DNA of 64,000 bases from Candidatus Saccharimonadales bacterium (lineage in GTDB: Bacteria > Patescibacteriota > Saccharimonadia > Saccharimonadales > UBA7683). Positions 56,755-64,000 of the stretch are shown here, in pieces; position 1 is the stretch's first letter; every line of letters starts with the position of its first letter. A program made the position numbers and the translations under genes. The stretch lies in assembly GCA_046350615.1 (NCBI GenBank), contig JAXMAA010000001.1:268263-332262 (forward strand). The letters are read 5' to 3'. A model generated the notes under the pieces. It was not told the origin of the DNA. It saw only the letters and a list, made by a program, of their open reading frames with translations, and searched no databases.

Positions 56755-57965
56755 TCAAACAACACGCTCGAATGGCCGTTAATTCTCTTCGCAGTAATAA
56801 AGTTCGCACCTTTTTGACTTTACTCGGTATTATCATTGGTGTCACCTCAGTTACCACCGTAATTGGGCTTGGCGAGGGTGTCAAACGGCAAGTGAACCAA
56901 CAGATTAATGATCTTGGAAGCGACTTGATTACTATTGTACCTGGCCGAAATGCAACCATTAGTGGCTTTGATTCGCTCAGCGGCATACTCGGAAGTAATA
57001 CTTCGAGCGCGCGTCTCAGTGAAGCCGACCTTACTAGCGTCTCAAAACTACAGAACATTGATGCCGCCGGTGGTGTTATGCAGCTTGATAGCTCAATCGC
57101 CAGGGGTGAGAAGAAGCGTAACATTAAAGTCCTGGCTGTTGGTGAGGACTACCTTGAACTTACCCGCCAGAAGCTCACTAGCGGCCAATTTTTTGGGGGT
57201 AATTTAGAAAACAATAACACTGTTATTCTTGCCAGTAATGTGGCTCAAGAACTTTTTGGCAGCGACGACCCTATCGGCAGCAGCGTGACCATCCGCGGTA
57301 CTAACTTTGTCATCATTGGCGTGCTTGATGCCTCCAAGGGCTTCAATCTTGGCAGACCAATCAACGACCTAGTCTTGATCCCCCTCCCTACTGGCAAAAT
57401 GCTCAATCAAGATACCGCTCAGCTGCAACAGATCACCGTTAAAGTAAAAGATATCAATCAAAGCAAAGCCACTGCAGAAGCAATTAACGATGCTCTTCTG
57501 AAAAATCACAGCGGCGAAGAGGATTTCACCGTTACCACCCAAGATCAGTTGGTTAATACCACCGATTACGTGTTTCGGGTTCTCACCGGCTTTACTGCCG
57601 CCGTGGCCTCTATTTCACTGCTCGTGGGCGGGATTGGCGTCATGAACATTATGCTGGTAACTGTTACAGAGCGAACCCGTGAGATCGGCGTTCGGAAAGC
57701 TGTTGGCGCAACCAAGCTTCAGATTATGATGCAATTCCTGGTTGAAGCGCTCGCTATCACGCTTGCAGGCGGCCTAATTGGTATTTTAACGAGCTTGCTT
57801 GCTGGTTACATCATTCGCACCCAAACCGCCGTCAAACCCGCCATGGATCTCTGGATCATCCTTCTCGCCACCGGCGTATCTTTAATGGTCGGTATCATCT
57901 TCGGCACCTGGCCCGCCATTCGTGCCGCCCGCAAAGACCCCATCGAAGCCCTCCGCCACGATTAA
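56751..57965 (+). CDS. MacB/FtsX-type ABC permease
   Basis: LTLLGIIIGV, VGGIGVMNIMLVTVTERTREIGVRKAVGA, PIEALR. Confidence 0.93.
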   Translation: MIKQHARMAVNSLRSNKVRTFLTLLGIIIGVTSVTTVIGLGEGVKRQVNQQINDLGSDLITIVPGRNATISGFDSLSGILGSNTSSARLSEADLTSVSKLQNIDAAGGVMQLDSSIARGEKKRNIKVLAVGEDYLELTRQKLTSGQFFGGNLENNNTVILASNVAQELFGSDDPIGSSVTIRGTNFVIIGVLDASKGFNLGRPINDLVLIPLPTGKMLNQDTAQLQQITVKVKDINQSKATAEAINDALLKNHSGEEDFTVTTQDQLVNTTDYVFRVLTGFTAAVASISLLVGGIGVMNIMLVTVTERTREIGVRKAVGATKLQIMMQFLVEALAITLAGGLIGILTSLLAGYIIRTQTAVKPAMDLWIILLATGVSLMVGIIFGTWPAIRAARKDPIEALRHD

Positions 57966-57971
57966 CCTTCC

Positions 57972-58031
57972 GTCACTCCTGCGCAGGTGGGAATGCAGGG
58001 GGAGGATATTCAGGAACAGGCCCAGAATGAC
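57972..58031. repeat. degenerate RPE-like element between convergent genes
   Basis: GTCACTCCTGCGCAGGTGGGAATGCAG...CAGGCCCAGAATGAC. Confidence 0.55.
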
Positions 58032-58034
58032 GGC

Positions 58035-58466
58035 TTAGGTTCGTTCTTTTACTCGTTGCTCCGGGGTTTCGTTTGGACGCGAGTAATCATCTTCAAGGCG
58101 CCAGGTAGTACCCTTTTCTGGGGTAGATACTTCAATAATATCGCAATTCGTTATGCCAACTAGTCGGTGTTTTTGGCCAAGCTTGGTACTGTAACCAACC
58201 TGTTTTTCAAGCTTGGTCTCTACCATCTGCCCTAATTCGTTCTCCCAAATAACCGATGCCTCACCTGAGGCAAGGAACCAGCTCTCCACTTTTTCGTCAT
58301 GCACCTGCAGTGAGAGCCGTGCACCTGCATTGATATGGATCAACTTGCCCATATATGGTGCGTCTTCTGGAACCCAATGTAACTCATAGCCCCACGGCTT
58401 TTCAATGCGTCGAATATACGAGCTTGTGGTGAAATCTTTAGGATCAAAAGTCGGCATTGTTTGCAT
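58035..58466 (-). CDS. cupin (mannose-6-phosphate isomerase type II C-terminal-like)
   Basis: EKPWGYE, RLSLQVH.EK.E, EVSTPE, RLEDDY. Confidence 0.88.
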   Translation of the reverse strand: MQTMPTFDPKDFTTSSYIRRIEKPWGYELHWVPEDAPYMGKLIHINAGARLSLQVHDEKVESWFLASGEASVIWENELGQMVETKLEKQVGYSTKLGQKHRLVGITNCDIIEVSTPEKGTTWRLEDDYSRPNETPEQRVKERT

Positions 58467-58468
58467 GG

Positions 58469-59500
58469 TTATTGCAGCTCCTTCTTAAATTTTTCGACCA
58501 GTTCCACTGGGCTTGGATCGACATTGTTGAGAATGCCAAGGTAAGCGGTGGCAAAATCACCCAGCAACACCAGATACAGTAGCTGCTCCACCACAGATTC
58601 ACCGACAGCCTCGACCCTGTGTGCCTTGGGACGCTTGCCGGAAAGCAGTCGATCGCTTACCTCAAAACGCTTCAAAACTCTTGGATGTTCGAACGAAGAG
58701 ATCAGATCAATAACCGCAAAGGGTTTTTCGATTGGATGCGAACTCCAGCCAATAAATTCATTGTGATTAAACTCCGGCAACTGATTACACCACGCCGTGT
58801 TCTTAGCGTTCTCGTTAACATTAATCTTCCACTTGTACGCCGCCGGGTACGTTAGTGCGCCGCCGTAGATAATCGGCGTTTTGCCTTCCATCTCGAGCGC
58901 CAGTTGTTTCGCAAGATTATCTTTAATCGACACATCAGCAGCCCAGCTCTTAGCGGCGGCTTCGAGCGGTGCTACAGCGGCTTCGAGCTCGGCAAGCACG
59001 GTATCAGGTGCAAGCCCGGCAGCGATAAACAGCTCCACAAGCGCACGATACATGTATAAAATACCCGTCCGCGGCTGCGTACACTCAGGGATCTCGGCAT
59101 ACGGCAACTGCTGACTGGCGGCATATTCAAGCAGCTTCCCGCCATGTGCAAAAATTACCACTAACGCATCTTTCTCCTGCGCTTGCTCAAATGTTGCCAA
59201 AGTTTCCTCGGTATTGCCCGAATAACTGGCGCAGATCACCAAAGTTTGCTCATCAACCCATGCCGGCAGTTCATACCCTTTTACTACAACAAATGGAACC
59301 GATAGTGCCGGCCAGGTATGTGCCAGCTCTGCCACCAGGCTACTGCCTCCCATGCCGCTAAAAACTACCTTGGTAACTTTTCGGTCCAGTTTGATATCCC
59401 CCAAACCAAATGCGTGTAGCAGCTGTCGAGGCTGCTTTTCAATAAAGCCAAGCGCATCGCTTTTGTCCACCTTTGCTACTAATTTGAGATCGTCCAGCAT
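58469..59500 (-). CDS. bifunctional phosphoglucose/phosphomannose isomerase
   Basis: GMGGS, SYSGNTEET, QPR, NENAK, PEFNHNE. Confidence 0.93.
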   Translation of the reverse strand: MLDDLKLVAKVDKSDALGFIEKQPRQLLHAFGLGDIKLDRKVTKVVFSGMGGSSLVAELAHTWPALSVPFVVVKGYELPAWVDEQTLVICASYSGNTEETLATFEQAQEKDALVVIFAHGGKLLEYAASQQLPYAEIPECTQPRTGILYMYRALVELFIAAGLAPDTVLAELEAAVAPLEAAAKSWAADVSIKDNLAKQLALEMEGKTPIIYGGALTYPAAYKWKINVNENAKNTAWCNQLPEFNHNEFIGWSSHPIEKPFAVIDLISSFEHPRVLKRFEVSDRLLSGKRPKAHRVEAVGESVVEQLLYLVLLGDFATAYLGILNNVDPSPVELVEKFKKELQ

Positions 59501-59591
59501 ACTGTAAAAATACTCCCTCTTGCAAAACACTTATGGTATCAGGTACTATTATACTTGAACAACTAGAAATATTAAGATCACGGGTGGGAAC

Positions 59592-60203
59592 ATGAACTTA
59601 AATCCGCTAAAAAAAGATGATAATACTGATGCATTAGTGCAGGCGCTAGAAGATGCCAACAACGTTGGTGCCATGCAGCCAGGCATCACACCAAGTGCCG
59701 CACCAGATGACGCCGCTATTGCCGCCGATCCTCAAGTGGTATCTGCCGGTGTAAGTGATGGTGCAGACACCAGCGATGCTCCAGCTGAGCCGCCAGTCCA
59801 AGAAGCTGTGGATACAGCTAATTCACCACTGCCTGCTGAGCCAGCCGACCCTGTTGCGGGTATTAATTTTGATGGCAACGACATTCCTGTTGGCCTCAGC
59901 TCAGATGCCGACGCGCACCTCAGCCCAGAGGATACGCCAACTGAAGGAACGGGCGACAACGGAGAGCTTGATGACGTTAAGAAATCTGCACTTGAACAGC
60001 TCCGCCCACTTATTGAAAAATTAGATCTCGAACCAGCAGATAAGTTTGATAAGTATCTCATGATGCTCCGCGCATCAGATGACCCAGCCCTAATCAAGCC
60101 AGCATTTGACGCTGCTCAAGGCATCCCTGGCGAAAAAGAGAAAGCCCAGGCACTCCTGGACATCATCAACGAGATCAACTACATCACCGCTAATCAACAG
60201 TAA
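59592..60203 (+). CDS. hypothetical protein (acidic disordered N-terminus, helical C-terminus)
   Basis: KKSALEQLRPL...KAQALLDIINEINY. Confidence 0.75.
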   Translation: MNLNPLKKDDNTDALVQALEDANNVGAMQPGITPSAAPDDAAIAADPQVVSAGVSDGADTSDAPAEPPVQEAVDTANSPLPAEPADPVAGINFDGNDIPVGLSSDADAHLSPEDTPTEGTGDNGELDDVKKSALEQLRPLIEKLDLEPADKFDKYLMMLRASDDPALIKPAFDAAQGIPGEKEKAQALLDIINEINYITANQQ

Positions 60204-60218
60204 AGTTAATAAAATTTT

Positions 60219-60812
60219 CTAGACATTCTTGATGTCACCGCCAGGCCCGTCAGCCCTAGGATCATGCTCCGGCGGAAAGTCGATGTGAGCAAGATATATA
60301 TCCCTCAACGCCTCTATAAGGGTCTCGTAATAGTCATCACCGGTACCTTCAGGTAGCATCTGACGGAGTACATTAAGGTGATGATCAAACTCGCCCAATC
60401 GCTGCACGAGCTGCTCAATCGTATCCTCGGGATTCGTCACCTCATCGGTTAAATCTAAATGCCCAACAGCTTCCCCCAGGAAGTGCTTGAGCCAATCTTG
60501 ACCGTCTAGGAGTTTGTGAAACTCAATCGCGTCGTTATGCGTAATTGGCGCAGCAGCGTTCTCACCTTGCCACCTCTCTCTTATCTCATCCATCTCGGCT
60601 GCTCTATCATCCCATCGTTTATGTAGAACACCTGAGGCGATCAATAACTGGACGATCCGTGGCTCCGCATCTCTGAGTACGATCGTGTTGCACTTTGTGC
60701 AGGTAAAACGATAGAAGCTTTTATCATCCGATTCTTTAGTAATAACCTTCATATCGTTATCGGTGACTTCTATATCACCGCAATCCGGGCAACTACAAAG
60801 TATTGTAGACAT
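60219..60812 (-). CDS. Zn-ribbon protein resembling an actinobacterial family
   Basis: CPDCGDIE...YRFTCTKC...AEPRIVQLLIASGV...PITHNDAIEFH. Confidence 0.75.
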   Translation of the reverse strand: MSTILCSCPDCGDIEVTDNDMKVITKESDDKSFYRFTCTKCNTIVLRDAEPRIVQLLIASGVLHKRWDDRAAEMDEIRERWQGENAAAPITHNDAIEFHKLLDGQDWLKHFLGEAVGHLDLTDEVTNPEDTIEQLVQRLGEFDHHLNVLRQMLPEGTGDDYYETLIEALRDIYLAHIDFPPEHDPRADGPGGDIKNV

Positions 60813-61021
60813 AAGACTTGACCTTTGAAGTACTGATCATAACACTGATTATACTTTATATTGGTTACTATGTAAATCATATGATATTCTATAATTTATA
60901 CACCTGTCGTCTGTTTTGCCCATGGGCCGCCAAAGCCAGTACTAAAAATTCGACTGCGATGAAGGTTTAAGATCCTATATTTCACGTGCTTGACCACTTA
61001 CCGTTGCCAATGTAAAACGGC

Positions 61022-61049
61022 AAGAAGCTCCGGTTTCCCAGAGCTTCTT
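61022..61049 (-). terminator. terminator-like hairpin after groL
   Basis: AAGAAGCTC-loop-GAGCTTCTT. Confidence 0.6.
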
Positions 61050-61059
61050 AAGATGTGTA

Positions 61060-61109
61060 CTGAATCCCAGCCGGAGTTTATGCTCAACTTGATTGAGTAC
61101 GGGAATGAC
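61060..61109. repeat. RPE-like element downstream of groL
   Basis: CTGAATCCC...TGCTCAACTTGATTGAGTACGGGAATGAC. Confidence 0.55.
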
Positions 61110-61122
61110 GGATAGGAGTACC

Positions 61123-62769
61123 CTACATCCCCATCATTGATGGGTCCATGCCGCCGCCAGATGGAGCTGCGGGAGCTTTTTCTGGGATATCTACCACTAG
61201 TGCACCCATAGTCATAGCCGTGCCAGCAATTGACGCGGCGTTTAAAATCGCCTCTTTGGTTACACGGGCAGGATCCACCACGCCCGCCTTCTTCATATCT
61301 TGTAAGCCCGCATCTGGGTCGTTCACATTAATACCTTGACCAGCTTTACCAGCCTGCACCTGTGCAAGGAGCGCCTGAGCATTCAGACCAGCGTTCGTCA
61401 TGAGTTGTACAAACGGCTGCACCAAAGCATTCTTTAGGAGTACCGCTCCTGCTGAAGTTGAATCAGTGGCATCGTCAGTAATTGTCCCTGCAAGATTGAC
61501 CAGTGTTACACCACCGCCAGATACCACACCTTCGTCTAGGGCTGCTTTAACGGCTGCTACGGCATCGTCTACACGGAACTTCTTCTCTTCAATTTCAGTT
61601 TCAGTCGCACCACCAACCTTAATCACTGCAACTTTACCCTCTAAGGCTGCTCTGCGCTTCTCGAGGTTCTCTTTTTCGTACTCACTTGAGGCATTGCCAG
61701 CCTGAGCACTAATTTGCTCTACACGAGCTGCTACGGCCTTTGCAGAGCCTGCTCCTTCAATAATGGTGGAGTTATCTTTATCAACAATAATACGGCGAGC
61801 AGTACCAAGCATACTGATATCGGCATTCTCAAAGGTGTGGCCTTGATCTTCAGTAATCACCTGCCCACCTGTCAAAATTGCGATGTCTTCTAAAATCTCT
61901 TTACGCCGATCACCAAAAGCCGGAGCCTTAATGGCCAAGGTGTTAAACACTCCCTTCAATCTATTGAGAATCAAGGTGCCGAGTGCTTCGCCCTCGACAT
62001 CTTCGGCGATAATTACCAGATCTTTTTTACCTGTTTGCGCAACTTTTTCTAAAATTGGCAGAAATTCTTGAACTGAACTAATTTTTTTGTCGGTAATCAG
62101 TACCAACGGCTTATCGTACACCGCCTCCATACGAGCGGTATCAGTTACCATGTAGGGGCTCACAAAGCCACGGTCAAACGTAAAGCCCTCTACTACCTCT
62201 GATTCCATTACCAGGCCCTGGCCCTCTTCAACGGTAACAACACCGTCTTTGCCAACTTTTTCAATCACATCAGCGATTAGTGCGCCAATTGCCGCATCAC
62301 CAGCTGAAATGGTTGCTACTTCAGCTACTCGCTTTTTATCACCAGCGATATCTTCGCGCATGGTTCTCAGCTTCGCAATCACTCCTTCAGCAGCTTTTTC
62401 CAGACCTTTACGCAGCTGCATCGGGTTGTGGCCGGCAGCAATCAGCTTGTTTGCCTCATTCAAGATGTGGTATGTCAATACTGTAACAGTGGTAGTACCA
62501 TCACCCGCTACATCGTTCATCTTGCTGGCCGCTTGCTTAATCAGTTCAGCTCCAACTTTGTAGCCCAAAGTCTCGTCGTCTTCTGGCAACTCAATACCCT
62601 TGGCAACCGTTACGCCGTCGTGAGTAACAGTTGGGCTGCCGAAACTCTTAGAAATCACCACATTTCGGCCTTTTGGCCCCATAGTAGTTTTCACGGCGTT
62701 AAATAAAATCTCTGCCCCAGCCAGTAGGCGGCGGCGCGCGTCTTCATCGTAAAATACTTTTTTTGCCAT
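61123..62769 (-). CDS. groL: chaperonin GroEL
   Basis: GPKGRNV, GDGTTT, KAPAFGDRRK, GGM tail. Confidence 0.98.
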   Translation of the reverse strand: MAKKVFYDEDARRRLLAGAEILFNAVKTTMGPKGRNVVISKSFGSPTVTHDGVTVAKGIELPEDDETLGYKVGAELIKQAASKMNDVAGDGTTTVTVLTYHILNEANKLIAAGHNPMQLRKGLEKAAEGVIAKLRTMREDIAGDKKRVAEVATISAGDAAIGALIADVIEKVGKDGVVTVEEGQGLVMESEVVEGFTFDRGFVSPYMVTDTARMEAVYDKPLVLITDKKISSVQEFLPILEKVAQTGKKDLVIIAEDVEGEALGTLILNRLKGVFNTLAIKAPAFGDRRKEILEDIAILTGGQVITEDQGHTFENADISMLGTARRIIVDKDNSTIIEGAGSAKAVAARVEQISAQAGNASSEYEKENLEKRRAALEGKVAVIKVGGATETEIEEKKFRVDDAVAAVKAALDEGVVSGGGVTLVNLAGTITDDATDSTSAGAVLLKNALVQPFVQLMTNAGLNAQALLAQVQAGKAGQGINVNDPDAGLQDMKKAGVVDPARVTKEAILNAASIAGTAMTMGALVVDIPEKAPAAPSGGGMDPSMMGM

Positions 62770-62790
62770 ATACTTACTCCTTTTCTTGAT

Positions 62791-62851
62791 ATCATTTCTG
62801 CAAAAGCAGAAATCATTATGTAACTGGATCCCGTATCAGGTACGGGATGAC
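62791..62851. repeat. RPE-like double hairpin between groS and groL
   Basis: ATCATTTCTGCAAAAGCAGAAATC...CTGGATCCCGTATCAGGTACGGGATGAC. Confidence 0.75.
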
Positions 62852-62859
62852 GAGTCCCG

Positions 62860-63126
62860 CTACGCGAGCGTTGCCAAAATGTCTTCTTCTTTAATGATTA
62901 GATATTCGACACCATCAACCTTGACTTCAGTAGTTGAATACTCCTTGTAGACAATTCGGTCGTTAGTCTTCACAGTTTTCACATCGCTACCGGTTGCTAC
63001 AACTTTGGCAACTTTAGATTTTTCTTTGGCGCTATCTGGCAGATATAAGCCCGATGCAGTTTGGCTCTTTGCCTCTTCAACTTGGGCAACAACTCGGTCA
63101 GCCAGTGGTTTTAGCGGTACACTCAT
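62860..63126 (-). CDS. groS: co-chaperonin GroES
   Basis: LKPLADRV, TASGLYLPDSAKEK, EEDILA. Confidence 0.97.
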   Translation of the reverse strand: MSVPLKPLADRVVAQVEEAKSQTASGLYLPDSAKEKSKVAKVVATGSDVKTVKTNDRIVYKEYSTTEVKVDGVEYLIIKEEDILATLA

Positions 63127-63151
63127 GCACTTCCTCCTCTTTTACGTTGAT

Positions 63152-63178
63152 GTCATCCTGGGCGAAGTCGAAGGATCT
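63152..63178. repeat. RPE/REP-like element in the groS leader
   Basis: GTCATCCTGGGCGAAGTCGAAGGATCT. Confidence 0.8.
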
Positions 63179-63245
63179 AATCAGATTTTCAACAAGCTCA
63201 AAACAACGAATTACAAAAATGGTACCTCTATGGTACCGCATAAAA

Positions 63246-63272
63246 TTAGCACTCGCAACCCCCAAGTGCTAA
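63246..63272. promoter_or_regulatory. CIRCE (HrcA operator) upstream of groESL
   Basis: TTAGCACTC-N9-AAGTGCTAA. Confidence 0.9.
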
Positions 63273-63938
63273 TTAAGCTACTGCTGTTAGATCCGTCACC
63301 TCGCCTGTTCTATTATTAAAGAGCCGCTGCGGAACAAGTGCCATATTTGCCATCTCTTCTCTCAGTAATGCTATAGCTCCAAGACGAGCCTCTACTCGAG
63401 CCGCAAATGCTCTCATTATCAATTTTTCTGCGAGTACACTTCTGGCGATATGCTCCTCAAGTGCCTCATCCCCAATCTCTACGTCCGGAAAATGCGGAGC
63501 AATGCCCTCCGCTGCAACTTGGTACCACGCTACTTCACCATCTTCATTAGTATGTTCCACAATTACATACTCTGGTTGAGCAGCTTCGTCGAGAGAAGGC
63601 CGACCAGCCTCCCTGTCGGCTGGATTACTCGGCACGAATATACGCATTGACTGCCCGACGTGGGCAGCTTCTTGCACACCTCTGCCACTTAAATAAATGC
63701 CGAGTGAATGTTGCGCTTCGTCTCCTATGAATGGTAAGTGGGTGGTATCATCGATAACATATATGCATGTCTCTGTAGGCGGCGCTTCTTGTTCGGCATA
63801 GGTAGCCTGGGCGGCATCTTGATGCTGAAATGCTACTAGAACCGCTTGGTAGGCATCGCGAATAAACTTGGCGCGCATATCGCGAGCTGTTTCTTCAAGC
63901 TCAAGTCTAATAGTTTCGTTTAATTCGGCTGCTTCCAT
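63273..63938 (-). CDS. hypothetical protein
   Basis: ~221-aa acidic ORF with its own TTGACA...TATAAA promoter just upstream. Confidence 0.65.
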   Translation of the reverse strand: MEAAELNETIRLELEETARDMRAKFIRDAYQAVLVAFQHQDAAQATYAEQEAPPTETCIYVIDDTTHLPFIGDEAQHSLGIYLSGRGVQEAAHVGQSMRIFVPSNPADREAGRPSLDEAAQPEYVIVEHTNEDGEVAWYQVAAEGIAPHFPDVEIGDEALEEHIARSVLAEKLIMRAFAARVEARLGAIALLREEMANMALVPQRLFNNRTGEVTDLTAVA

Positions 63939-64000
63939 AGCATGTAATTTATAACATTTTAAGATGCCTATTGTCAACAATTTAAAATGATGGTAAGGTA

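Overview
This window looks like chromosome from a small-genome Patescibacteria (CPR) bacterium, most likely Saccharibacteria (TM7). That call is inferred from gene content (DUF5663-like protein, Lys/Ala-tailed RpsT, PolA with QIHDSI motif C) and many apparently leaderless genes. It uses genetic code 11 and is ~45% GC by eye. The backbone is housekeeping: truB, rpsT, holA, clpB, mutM, dut, polA, rpoD, dnaG, orn, msrB, mscL, argS, rlmH, groESL and two tRNA-Ser. The most striking feature lies at ~37.9-40.75 kb. Two ~70%-GC, actinobacterial-style membrane/secreted-protein genes sit in the loop of a large structured RNA-like scaffold with native, ~40% GC flanks. Its 5' and 3' flanks pair with each other across 2.6 kb through a perfect 17-bp stem, G-U-containing extensions and a crossing helix, and a sigma70 promoter lies upstream. 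Other notable items: (1) Rickettsia-palindromic-element-like repeats inserted in frame into TruB, ClpB, PolA, ArgS and an SDR; (2) an extra group-2 sigma factor and a Zn-ribbon protein resembling Acidimicrobiia proteins; (3) three RelE/YafQ toxin genes, all broken while their antitoxins are intact; (4) palindromic bidirectional leaderless promoters; (5) a serine-recombinase island at tRNA-Ser(GGA) carrying a quinone-linked redox operon. All family assignments come from motif recognition by eye; no searches or folding programs were run.
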